DNA from: a virus | Taxonomy: Duplodnaviria > Caudoviricetes | Reading direction: 5' to 3' (one strand) | DNA: 64,000 nt | IMG/VR virus record: IMGVR_UViG_3300027708_000013 | Shown here: piece by piece, positions 55,023-64,000 of the stretch | Position numbering within the stretch: the first letter of the stretch is position 1 | How the letters are laid out: each line of letters opens with the position of its first letter | Notes under the pieces: generated by a model | What the model was told of the DNA's origin: nothing | The model's database searches: none | What the model saw: only the letters and a program-made list of their open reading frames with translations | Translations under genes and position numbers: made by a program

Positions 55023-55749
55023 ATATAAAACACTACTAGTTTCGGGGTGCAGTTTTACACATAATGACTGTGAAGAGCATTTTGCTTGGGCAAATGATTT
55101 AGCAGTGTGGACTGGAATGAATATTATTAACCTAGCCATACCGGGTGCTGGCAACACTCACATTGCCAATAGCATCATGCTATATATTGAACAACACAAT
55201 TTAGATCCTGCTGACACATTAGTTATGGCCATGTGGTCGGGAGTGGCACGTATAGATTGGATAACAGACAAGTCGTTATCAAATTTTAAAAATGCATACC
55301 CATTTACTTACAATTATGATGGTTACAATGAGTTGGTTCTTGGCGGTAGTTGGTGGCACCCCAAACGCAGAACGCATATTGAGCAAACACTAGTTGAATA
55401 CAGCAAATATCAAAGCTCGCACAGTTTTGCATTACACAGTTGGTTATCAATGTCAAATTTGTCTAACTACCTAACAGTAAAAGGATTTGAATTCTATTAC
55501 TCATCGATAACAGATATCAAGAATACCAAAGAGTTATGGGTCGATTACAATAAAGAATTAACAGACTTGAATTTATCGATTGATAAAACAAAATGGATAG
55601 TACCATGCTTAGGTGACTACTGTAGAGATCTAGATTTATTGCAAGATGATAAGTTCCATCCCAGTATGCAAGGACACGAAACTTGGACTAAAGCAATAGC
55701 AATGCCATTTTTGGCTGAAAGAAATATATTGACATGGCAGACAACATAG
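55009..55749 (+). CDS. SGNH hydrolase-like protein
   Basis: SGCSFT, GAGNTHI, AMWSG..R.D and C-terminal DKFHPSMQGH. Confidence 0.65.
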   Translation: MTRSKYKTLLVSGCSFTHNDCEEHFAWANDLAVWTGMNIINLAIPGAGNTHIANSIMLYIEQHNLDPADTLVMAMWSGVARIDWITDKSLSNFKNAYPFTYNYDGYNELVLGGSWWHPKRRTHIEQTLVEYSKYQSSHSFALHSWLSMSNLSNYLTVKGFEFYYSSITDIKNTKELWVDYNKELTDLNLSIDKTKWIVPCLGDYCRDLDLLQDDKFHPSMQGHETWTKAIAMPFLAERNILTWQTT

Positions 55750-57050
55750 AAGATTATTACAAAAATTACAACTACGGTGCCCGCAAGCCCATTTATATCA
55801 AAGAATCAGAATTAACACCAGATCAACTTGATAGACTAGTAAAAAGCGATGAGTTCTGCATGATCCCTTGGATACACATGCATGCCTTCCCGGATGGTCG
55901 TGCTTATCCCTGTTGTTTAAGTGAGCCCGATCATCCTGTTGGCAATCTCAAAACACACACCATGCGTGAAATATGGAATGATGCACCGCTGAAACAAATG
56001 CGAGTCAACATGCTGAACAACGTTCCATCAAAAGAATGTACTAAATGTTACGAACAAGAGAAAAGTCGCTTGTTTAGTATGAGAGAAAGTGCTAACAAAA
56101 ACTTTGGACATCATATTGGCCTAGTGGACAACACACGGCCCGATGGTCAGTACGATGATTTTAAATTACGCTACTACGACATTCGCTTCAGTAACCTTTG
56201 CAATTTTGCCTGCAGAACTTGTGGTGGTATCTTCTCTAGCAATTGGCACAAAGACGAAAAGGCCGCAGGATGGGATCCGAAGCATCCACAGATAATGTAT
56301 GCCGGACGAGACAAAGGTGACATGTGGCAACAGATGCAAGAGCACATTCCTCACTTGGAACAAATCTACTGGGCCGGCGGCGAACCCCTGATCATGGAAG
56401 AACATTGGAAAGTGTTAGACGAGCTGGTTCGACGTGAAATGTTTCATGTACGACTAATTTATAACACAAACTTCAGTGAACTCAAATTCAAAGGTCGTGA
56501 TGTACTTGAGATGTGGAAACTGTTTGACTGTGTCAGCATAGGTGCCAGCCTTGATGGTAGTTATCAGCGTGGAGAGTACATACGCAAAGGGCAAAACTGG
56601 AAAGAAACTGTAGAGAACCGTGAGCGTATGTTGAAGATTTGTCCCAACGTGGATTTCTATGTATCGAGTACAGTCAGCATGATGAACGTGTTGCACATCA
56701 CAGACTTTCATAGAGAATGGGTGGATCTGGGACTGTTACGCCCAATGGATTGGAACATAAACATACTACAACATCCACATCGCTATCGTGTAGATGTACT
56801 GCCTGAACCGTTAAAATTGCAAGCACAAGATAAAATTCAAACACATTTAGAATGGTTACGTCCCTTGGATACATTATCCCGTGCCACTTCGGGGTACGAA
56901 GGTGTAGTCAACTTTATGATGGCACAAGACAGCACACATGAATTACCTAGTTTCTTTAAAACTAATAATCTAATAGATCAAGTACGCAGTGAAGATTTCT
57001 TTGCAGTGTTTCCAGAATTAAAGGCGATACAACAATATGACCCTTCCTGA
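55734..57050 (+). CDS. Radical SAM protein with N-terminal SPASM domain
   Basis: CMIPW...GRAYPCC...CTKCY; CNFACRTC; WAGGEP; YNTN; SLDG. Confidence 0.92.
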   Translation: MADNIEDYYKNYNYGARKPIYIKESELTPDQLDRLVKSDEFCMIPWIHMHAFPDGRAYPCCLSEPDHPVGNLKTHTMREIWNDAPLKQMRVNMLNNVPSKECTKCYEQEKSRLFSMRESANKNFGHHIGLVDNTRPDGQYDDFKLRYYDIRFSNLCNFACRTCGGIFSSNWHKDEKAAGWDPKHPQIMYAGRDKGDMWQQMQEHIPHLEQIYWAGGEPLIMEEHWKVLDELVRREMFHVRLIYNTNFSELKFKGRDVLEMWKLFDCVSIGASLDGSYQRGEYIRKGQNWKETVENRERMLKICPNVDFYVSSTVSMMNVLHITDFHREWVDLGLLRPMDWNINILQHPHRYRVDVLPEPLKLQAQDKIQTHLEWLRPLDTLSRATSGYEGVVNFMMAQDSTHELPSFFKTNNLIDQVRSEDFFAVFPELKAIQQYDPS

Positions 57051-58254
57051 CACAATTTGTATGCTACCATGGATCAGTGTGGAGGCCAGTCCCATGGGCA
57101 CTGTACGGCCTTGCTGTTTGGCTCATGATGAGATCCCAGATGAGCAAGGAGTCAAGTACGATTTAAACAACACCGATCTTGAAACTGCGTATCACAGTGA
57201 GTATATGCAGGAGTTACGTAGGCAATTTCGTGCAGGTGCAAAGCCTGCCACCTGTACACGTTGTTGGGACGAAGAAGCCGCTGGCCGAGCCAGCAAAAGA
57301 ATACACACACAGATAAGACTAAAGGAATTATACCCAAAAGTGGACTGGGCAAACGATGACCCGGATCAACTGTGGTTTGTGGATTTGAAACTGGGAAACA
57401 TTTGCAATCTCAAATGTCGTATATGTGGCTCGTGGAGTAGCAGCAAGTGGGCTGAAGAGGAAATGGCCTACTTGCCCGCAGGCGTAGACAAAAAATCACA
57501 CATAGCCTATACCTGGTTACGACAGGGTGCATGGCCACGCAAGACTGCTACATTCTGGGACAACATGAGGTCATTGTTGCCCAATATACGGTATATAGAA
57601 TTCACCGGCGGTGAACCCTGGCTGATTGAAGAACATTTTGATCTTTTAAAGTATGCAGTGTTGCGTGGACACAGCAAGCATATTGACATTCATTACAACA
57701 CCAATGCCACACAAGAACCCTCACAAGAACATTTTAATTTATGGGACGAGTTCGGCCGTGTGGATATTGCGTTTAGCGTTGACAATGTTGGGGATAGATT
57801 TGAATATGAACGCTACGGTGCAAAATGGGATCAAGCAAATACAATAGTTGACAAAATACATGGTTTTAGAACATTTCGCCACGGTTCTATTACTACACAG
57901 TTATGTTTCACTATTAATATACAGAATGTCTACTACTTAGATGAGCTACTTGCCTGGGCCGACACAAAAAAGTTTGGTAGTGTGTACTTTAACATGTTGC
58001 ACAGTCCTGACCATATGAGCATACAGAACATGACACCAGCTGCACAAGAATTAGTGTTGAACAAACTCAAAACCGTATTTTGGACCAGCAGTAAATACCA
58101 ACAAGAAATTGACAGTGTAATTCGATTTATAGAACTTGGCTCGGGCAGTGATGGTCAAGAGTTTTTAAGACAGATGCAACAGACCGATGCTTATCGCAAG
58201 CAGTGTTTCGCGGATACACACCTAGAAATAGCCAAGGCAATGGGATATAAATAA
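57037..58254 (+). CDS. Radical SAM protein with N-terminal SPASM domain
   Basis: CMLPW...GTVRPCC...CTRCW; CNLKCRIC; FTGGEP; YNTN; SVD. Confidence 0.92.
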   Translation: MTLPDTICMLPWISVEASPMGTVRPCCLAHDEIPDEQGVKYDLNNTDLETAYHSEYMQELRRQFRAGAKPATCTRCWDEEAAGRASKRIHTQIRLKELYPKVDWANDDPDQLWFVDLKLGNICNLKCRICGSWSSSKWAEEEMAYLPAGVDKKSHIAYTWLRQGAWPRKTATFWDNMRSLLPNIRYIEFTGGEPWLIEEHFDLLKYAVLRGHSKHIDIHYNTNATQEPSQEHFNLWDEFGRVDIAFSVDNVGDRFEYERYGAKWDQANTIVDKIHGFRTFRHGSITTQLCFTINIQNVYYLDELLAWADTKKFGSVYFNMLHSPDHMSIQNMTPAAQELVLNKLKTVFWTSSKYQQEIDSVIRFIELGSGSDGQEFLRQMQQTDAYRKQCFADTHLEIAKAMGYK

Positions 58255-59318
58255 TGCATCTTCAGCTTTGGGACATGTCATATTATTCCGGGGATTTAGC
58301 CTATTATAATTACCCGTGCGACAAAGAATTTGGTGATTTGTTATTTTTTTTAAAAAGAATAAAGACAAGGAAAAAAATTCACCTGACAGACATAATCCAT
58401 TGGAAAATGAAATATCCCTCAAAGGGATATGATGTATATATAATCTGTGCTTTTGGGGAATTTGTCAATGAAGAGTTTTTAAATCTAATAGATCAAGACA
58501 AGTACTTCAATAACAAGATGGTAATTTTATTAACTTCGCAGTATTGGGAGCCGAATAAATTCAACACAATAAAAGTATTTTATTTAGAACATTTACAAAC
58601 AATAATTAGATTTTTTAAACCAACAGAATCAAAAAATATTAAACAAAGAATCTACACACACGGAATATTATCTAGACGTACAACATTTCATAAAAGTTAT
58701 ATCTTGATAAATCTATTAGAACGTTTTTCAAAGGATCTACAGTATACATTTTGTAACGAGCCCGAGCACGAATATAGTTTAGAAAAATTGAGTCAAACTC
58801 TAGATATGTACTATCCTGGATTAACGCCAACCGATGCTCAATTAAATTTATTGACATATTTACACAACAATCCAACTGTAGTTGAGGGGCATCAGTGGTC
58901 GGTTGACAACAGGATTTATACAGAATCTCAACTGATTTGGACCACAGAGTCTATATTTTTATCTAGGCATAATGCCCCTACTGCATACCTAACTGAAAAA
59001 ACAATTAAATCACTGGTCAGTAGAACTCCGTTTATTATAGTAGGACAAAAACACAGTTACGCTAGAATAAAATCGTTGGGGTTCCTGGACTATACAGATG
59101 AATTCAACATACAGTTTGATGATTTATCCGATCTTGATCGTTTCGCAGGTGTAATTAATTTAATGGATACGTTTGATTTCGCTAGTTTTTTAACATCATC
59201 AACAGCACAAGAAATGGCAGATTATAATTATCATTATTTTTTCGATGGATTTGTTGATCATGCTAATCGACAAAATGAAGAAAAAATAGAACACATACTG
59301 GAATTTGTCAATGCATAA
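58254..59318 (+). CDS. GT-B-like glycosyltransferase-related protein
   Basis: IWTTES...YLTEKTIKSLVSRTPFIIVG...IKSLGF...ADYNY; same family as 51352. Confidence 0.5.
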   Translation: MHLQLWDMSYYSGDLAYYNYPCDKEFGDLLFFLKRIKTRKKIHLTDIIHWKMKYPSKGYDVYIICAFGEFVNEEFLNLIDQDKYFNNKMVILLTSQYWEPNKFNTIKVFYLEHLQTIIRFFKPTESKNIKQRIYTHGILSRRTTFHKSYILINLLERFSKDLQYTFCNEPEHEYSLEKLSQTLDMYYPGLTPTDAQLNLLTYLHNNPTVVEGHQWSVDNRIYTESQLIWTTESIFLSRHNAPTAYLTEKTIKSLVSRTPFIIVGQKHSYARIKSLGFLDYTDEFNIQFDDLSDLDRFAGVINLMDTFDFASFLTSSTAQEMADYNYHYFFDGFVDHANRQNEEKIEHILEFVNA

Positions 59319-60600
59319 ACCCACCACTTTATGTATGGCTCCTTGGACACACACTTATCTAAGCCCACAAACAGAAAGAAGAATGTGCTGTGCATCAAGA
59401 GAACCAGCACAAAATTTTGAGCAATACATAGACACAGCTGCTGGCACAGGCGAATATCGACCCATTACTTTAGACCAACACTGGAACAGTGAACACATGC
59501 GTAGTGTGAGACGTAGAATGATGGCAGGCGAAACCCTACCCGAGTGTACTGTGTGCAATGATCAACTGCTCAACACAGATGTTTACCGCAGTTATTTCAA
59601 CAACATGTTTGGCAATAAGTATGAGTATGCAATGGCAAACACAGATGCTGGGGGATACACCACTGTAAAACCAGTATCGTGGGATTATAGATTTAGCAAT
59701 CTTTGTAACTTCAAATGCCGTATGTGCGGTGACATGTTGAGCAGTAGTTGGGAAACAGAACAACGCCAACACAACATGATTGACTACACAAATCCAAAAA
59801 ACAATTGGATGCGGCCCGAAGTTAAACAACAGATCTCTCAGTTTCAAGACACACAAATTGAAGCAGAATTCAGTGAGGCAGTGGAACAGCATAGAATAGA
59901 AGAAGTATATTGGGTAGGTGGCGAACCCCTGATGTATGAACAGCATTGGCGGTACATGAAAAGAATAATAGAATTGGGAGACGGAAAAAATGTTTACGCT
60001 AGATACAATACAAATCTCAGTAGGGTTGATCATCGTGGTGTTAATCTCTATCGGGACATACTGGCTGGGCTACGTGACTGGCAAATCTGTGCAAGCATCG
60101 ATGGCACGGGACGAATTGGAGAGTATATTAGATCAGGTCTTGATTTTACTCAATGGCTTGCAAACATCCGCCAAGGAATTGAGATCCAACGTCATAGCCG
60201 CCAAATCCGTTTGGACTTCACTCTTACTACACCAGGACTCTTTGAAGTACAAAAGATACAATCGCTCGCAAAAGAACTCGGAGTAGATGTATTAGCCAAA
60301 GTGGTTTTTAGTTTCACACCAGACATTGTCATGAGCCCGTTGGCCTTACCTCGAGAGTTATTACATCCTTGGGTGGACGAAATCATTGCCGAGTTAAAGC
60401 CCGGTGCCCTACAGGATATACTTGTCCAGCTGAAAACTAGACCCACCTTCGAGGAACAGTGGCCAGATACCTATTCAGCAGGACTCAAAAAGGGCAAACG
60501 CCGCATAGAAACACTTGAATCTATCCGACGAGACGTGTATACTATGAAGGATATACTGGCAGAACGACCTGCGGTATTGACATGGTGGAATTCAATATGA
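59311..60600 (+). CDS. Radical SAM protein with N-terminal SPASM domain
   Basis: CMAPW...RRMCC...CTVC; CNFKCRMC; WVGGEP; YNTN; SIDG. Confidence 0.92.
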   Translation: MHKPTTLCMAPWTHTYLSPQTERRMCCASREPAQNFEQYIDTAAGTGEYRPITLDQHWNSEHMRSVRRRMMAGETLPECTVCNDQLLNTDVYRSYFNNMFGNKYEYAMANTDAGGYTTVKPVSWDYRFSNLCNFKCRMCGDMLSSSWETEQRQHNMIDYTNPKNNWMRPEVKQQISQFQDTQIEAEFSEAVEQHRIEEVYWVGGEPLMYEQHWRYMKRIIELGDGKNVYARYNTNLSRVDHRGVNLYRDILAGLRDWQICASIDGTGRIGEYIRSGLDFTQWLANIRQGIEIQRHSRQIRLDFTLTTPGLFEVQKIQSLAKELGVDVLAKVVFSFTPDIVMSPLALPRELLHPWVDEIIAELKPGALQDILVQLKTRPTFEEQWPDTYSAGLKKGKRRIETLESIRRDVYTMKDILAERPAVLTWWNSI

Positions 60601-61682
60601 CAATGAATAAAGTTCGAATAGTACTACGCAATCCCCTGAATCATCAAGAACAGATGGACTACACTATTGTTGCCAACGACTCTGAACTGGCACAGGATTG
60701 GATTTCAGCTTTAAAATTATTACTACAGAGTGGAAAACTGCTGGAGAAGAACTTTTGCTTCATGGGCTTCCCCCGAACCGCCAGAAACTTGGATTATTTG
60801 TGTGGGGAATTAAATCAACATGTAACGACAATTAATGATTTTTTCTTTGATTATCAAATTGCGGAAACATTCTCTCCCGACTCAGTGCGTGGACGTGACT
60901 ATGCTGAAAATGGTATCAACCATGCAGTAATGAATCGTCTACACAATCACTTTGAACAATTGCAAGGCACAGTGGATGACCTAAGCACCTATTACCGAAA
61001 CGCAAATTATGACGTCAAGTATGCCATACGTCAGTTAAATAATCTTTGTCACGAAATGGAAGGTTTGATACTGAGTCAGCGTAAGTTAACAACTGACCCT
61101 TACTGGGTACGTCCCAGTCAGATCACTACATTCTTAAATGCTGACAGGTACGATTTAAAAGATGCACATAGATCGGGGTTTGTTGCCAACGGATATGATC
61201 GAGTACAGGGTGGTGTTTACATGCACTGGACACAGATAGGCAAGACCCTGTTTGAAGTGTTCCGTGATGAATCGGCTCCACGATTGACAGCCGCAACATG
61301 CGAAGCAGTTACAGAATTGAAATATTACTCGGGCGAGTTTGACGTAGAGTGGGGAAATGATGTTGTGCGTAACAGTGGGCACCCGTGGCATGACAAAGAG
61401 CAAAGTCATTTTGAGGCTTGGTTAATTGAAAATGGAAGAGATTCCAGAGATGCTAAACTTAGTCTAGGATACCTGCCCTTGGGACAGGTTGACTTACTGG
61501 GTAGTTTTGGTACTATGGATTATCGAACAATTTGGAATATATTGTCCTCACACTTGGACATTTACAAGATAGAAGTAGACGGTGTAGCACAGACATTTGA
61601 CTATTGCTGGAGTGATGCCACTTACCAACAACAGCAAATCAACATGATGAGGCCTGGGTATGATTATAGTAGCCGGGGGTGA
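60597..61682 (+). CDS. Hypothetical protein (~361 aa)
   Basis: ATGA-coupled to the upstream radical SAM gene; no motif recognised. Confidence 0.75.
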   Translation: MTMNKVRIVLRNPLNHQEQMDYTIVANDSELAQDWISALKLLLQSGKLLEKNFCFMGFPRTARNLDYLCGELNQHVTTINDFFFDYQIAETFSPDSVRGRDYAENGINHAVMNRLHNHFEQLQGTVDDLSTYYRNANYDVKYAIRQLNNLCHEMEGLILSQRKLTTDPYWVRPSQITTFLNADRYDLKDAHRSGFVANGYDRVQGGVYMHWTQIGKTLFEVFRDESAPRLTAATCEAVTELKYYSGEFDVEWGNDVVRNSGHPWHDKEQSHFEAWLIENGRDSRDAKLSLGYLPLGQVDLLGSFGTMDYRTIWNILSSHLDIYKIEVDGVAQTFDYCWSDATYQQQQINMMRPGYDYSSRG

Positions 61683-62478
61683 CAGTTTTGTATATGGTGC
61701 AGAATTAAAAGACTGTGCAGGAAAACCCAGTGAATCAACTTGGCCTGCACTGCTATCAAAAAATATCAACGCTGAATATACATGTGTTGCTGAAAGCGGA
61801 AATGCCAACAACGCCATTGCACGCCAATTAATGACTGCTTGCGAAGCACGTAAACATCAAGACTTGTTTGTAATAGTTCAATGGACATTCACACACAGGT
61901 ATGAATTCAGATTCAACTACAACACTCAACGCAGATCCTCGCCTTGGCACAGTATCAATTTATGGGATATAGTGGACGATCCAGCCAGTTTAAAAAAAGA
62001 GTTTGTTACTTTTGATTCCGCAGTATTTGATGCTCATGTAAACAATAAATTAATGCTGGATAATTCTGGGCTGACAGATTTTGCCAAAACATTTTACAAG
62101 CATGTGGGCAACAACGAGTATTATGAAACCTATACCAGTTTAAAAGAAATACTGTTCTTACAACAATATTTAGAAATAAATAAAATACCGTACTTGTTTG
62201 CACCAGCTGACATTTATTTAGAAAATAGTGATGCTTATCTTAGACACAGTGCAGATGTCACAATGCAGTCAATTTATAATCAAATTGATTGGAGTCGTTG
62301 GTACTCGTTTCCTTGCGGAACAGGAGCAGATCAAACAACAACTCCAAGAGGTTTTTACCAGTGGGCAGTAGAGAATAAATACCCTATAGGCACCACACAT
62401 CCATTAGAACCGGCCCATCAAGCAGCCGCCAACTTAATACAGGAGAAATTCAATGAACTGGTTACGAAATCTATATAA
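61660..62478 (+). CDS. SGNH hydrolase-like protein
   Basis: GGDSFV (block I GDS), GNANNAI, IVQWT...R.E and C-terminal THPLEPAH. Confidence 0.7.
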   Translation: MIIVAGGDSFVYGAELKDCAGKPSESTWPALLSKNINAEYTCVAESGNANNAIARQLMTACEARKHQDLFVIVQWTFTHRYEFRFNYNTQRRSSPWHSINLWDIVDDPASLKKEFVTFDSAVFDAHVNNKLMLDNSGLTDFAKTFYKHVGNNEYYETYTSLKEILFLQQYLEINKIPYLFAPADIYLENSDAYLRHSADVTMQSIYNQIDWSRWYSFPCGTGADQTTTPRGFYQWAVENKYPIGTTHPLEPAHQAAANLIQEKFNELVTKSI

Positions 62479-62554
62479 CAGAATTGTACTAGAACGACGT
62501 TATCGTAAGAAGTTAAAAGAGTTGCGTCGAAGAGATCCGTTTATTTACAAATGA
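62453..62554 (+). CDS. Small basic protein, 33 aa (below the ORF-track cut-off)
   Basis: AGGAG RBS at 62441-62445; MNWLRNLYNRIVLERRYRKKLKELRRRDPFIYK; its stop overlaps the next ATG (ATGA). Confidence 0.7.
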   Translation: MNWLRNLYNRIVLERRYRKKLKELRRRDPFIYK

Positions 62555-63219
62555 TTAACCGTATATTAGCAGTGGGTGACAGTTTTACCTACGGTGACGA
62601 ACTAACCGATCTTGCCACAGCTTACCCTGCTTTACTGGCACAACAATTTGGTGCACAAGTTGATAATCAAGCTAGGCCAGGATCAGGCAACACACGAATG
62701 GTTAGAACTGTTGTTGATCATGTGGGTCGTAACAGTCCTGTGGCAATTGATCGAGCTGATTTGATCATCATTGGTTGGAGTAGCCCCGGAAGAATAGAAT
62801 TTGCAGATGCCACTGGCGTTTACGACATATGGCCTGGATATTCAGGCAACATGTTTACCCGCGAAGGTCAGTCCTGGCGACTGGAACTAATAGACTACAT
62901 AAGCAAATATCATGATCCACAATATTTGTACCAACAATATTTGCTAAATGTCATCATGTTGCAGAATTTTTTAAAAAGTCACAATCAACGTTATGTTATG
63001 TTGAACACAGTCAGCAACGAATATTATCACAACACTTACTATTCGCAATTTGCACATCTAACACAATTAGTAGATGCAGAACATTATTTAGGATGGCCTC
63101 GAGAGGGCATGGCAGAATGGACTCAAAGTTGTCCGCGTGGTGCCGGTGGGCATTTTTTAGAAGAAGGTCACCAACAAGTGGCAGAAAAAATATATCATCA
63201 TGTCAATTCTAGGAGTTAG
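62551..63219 (+). CDS. SGNH hydrolase-like protein
   Basis: VGDSFT, GSGNTRM, IIGWS...R.E and C-terminal GHFLEEGH. Confidence 0.7.
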   Translation: MINRILAVGDSFTYGDELTDLATAYPALLAQQFGAQVDNQARPGSGNTRMVRTVVDHVGRNSPVAIDRADLIIIGWSSPGRIEFADATGVYDIWPGYSGNMFTREGQSWRLELIDYISKYHDPQYLYQQYLLNVIMLQNFLKSHNQRYVMLNTVSNEYYHNTYYSQFAHLTQLVDAEHYLGWPREGMAEWTQSCPRGAGGHFLEEGHQQVAEKIYHHVNSRS

Positions 63220-64000
63220 TGCCGGCTTCCACGATGCCTCGGTGGCAGTGGTAGATCCTGCAGGTGAAATCTTATTTGCTGCTCACAGTGAACGTTATAG
63301 TAAAATAAAGAACGATGCTGACATACATCGTGACTTGATAGCTGAGTTGGGGCAATGGAACATCGATCATATTGCATACTATGAACGTCCGTGGCTAAAA
63401 CAACTACGACAGTTGTACTCAGGGCAGGGCATTGAGTGGAACAAACTAACTGCTGGCCAAATTGTAAAACAACAACTATGCGGACTTTTTAAAGATGTTC
63501 CCATCAGTACACACAGTCATCATTTAAGTCATGCAGCCGGTGGATTTCAAACCAGTATATTTAATCGAGCCACGGTGGTGGTGATTGATGCAGTAGGTGA
63601 GTGGGACACCATCACCATATGGGCGGCGGAATATGTCAATGGTCAAGCACGATATAAAAAACTTTGGAGTCAACAATATCCGCACAGTATAGGATTGTTT
63701 TACACAGCGGCCACAGCCGAAGTGGGCTTACGGCCCATGGAAGATGAGTACGTGCTGATGGGCATGAGTGCATATGGTAAGCCTGTGGTAGTATCAAAAA
63801 TGAAAACGGATTTGGTAAGCAATCAGTCTTTGATAACATTCCAACAAAACCTACACACCGGATTACCTTCAAGTTATGCAGACTATTACAATGGTGTGGA
63901 TATAGCCGCATCAGCACAGGCGTTGTGCGAGGAATTGATTTACTCCGTGATGCAACGTGCCAAACAGTTTGACTGGAGCGGAAATCTAGTGTATACTGGT
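63200..64000 (+). CDS. Carbamoyltransferase, NodU/CmcH/TobZ family (truncated; absent from the ORF track)
   Basis: Manual translation: MSILGVSAGFHDASVAVV...AAHSERYSKIKND...YYERP...HHLSHAAGG...VIDAVGEWDT...SIGLFY...EYVLMGMSAYG...DIAASAQ. Confidence 0.93.
   Translation, partial: MSILGVSAGFHDASVAVVDPAGEILFAAHSERYSKIKNDADIHRDLIAELGQWNIDHIAYYERPWLKQLRQLYSGQGIEWNKLTAGQIVKQQLCGLFKDVPISTHSHHLSHAAGGFQTSIFNRATVVVIDAVGEWDTITIWAAEYVNGQARYKKLWSQQYPHSIGLFYTAATAEVGLRPMEDEYVLMGMSAYGKPVVVSKMKTDLVSNQSLITFQQNLHTGLPSSYADYYNGVDIAASAQALCEELIYSVMQRAKQFDWSGNLVYTG

Noticed and set aside
63636-63917. 93-aa minus-strand ORF
   Set aside because: Antisense to the carbamoyltransferase gene starting at 63200.
1-64000. 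Stop-codon reassignment (alternative genetic code)
   Set aside because: Long conserved genes read through intact in code 11, and TAA, TAG and TGA all end genes right before the next start.

Overview
This window is a fragment of a large T4-like (myovirus) bacteriophage genome, read in the standard genetic code. It starts inside the portal gene (gp20). Next come a tape-measure-like gene and the divergent gp26/gp51 hub genes. A minus-strand operon gp55-gp47-gp46 follows, interleaved with one SGNH-like and four radical SAM genes and ending in a small GIY-YIG nuclease. The + strand then carries a long baseplate/tail module: tube initiator, gp53, hub, a 1459-aa multi-enzyme gp5, gp25, gp6, a 4321-aa FG-GAP protein, and fibre/adhesin pairs. 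From ~47.4 kb to the window end lies a dense modification island of glycosyltransferase-like, SGNH-like and SPASM/twitch radical SAM genes plus a carbamoyltransferase. The strongest novelty candidates are: (1) a ~380-450 nt, highly base-paired minus-strand noncoding element that starts at the stop codon of the minimal GIY-YIG nuclease; (2) the 9-radical-SAM/5-SGNH/5-GT/carbamoyltransferase enzyme set; (3) a gp5 spike carrying five putative envelope-degrading domains, one nested inside another. All family assignments come from motif recognition by eye; no database searches or folding programs were run.
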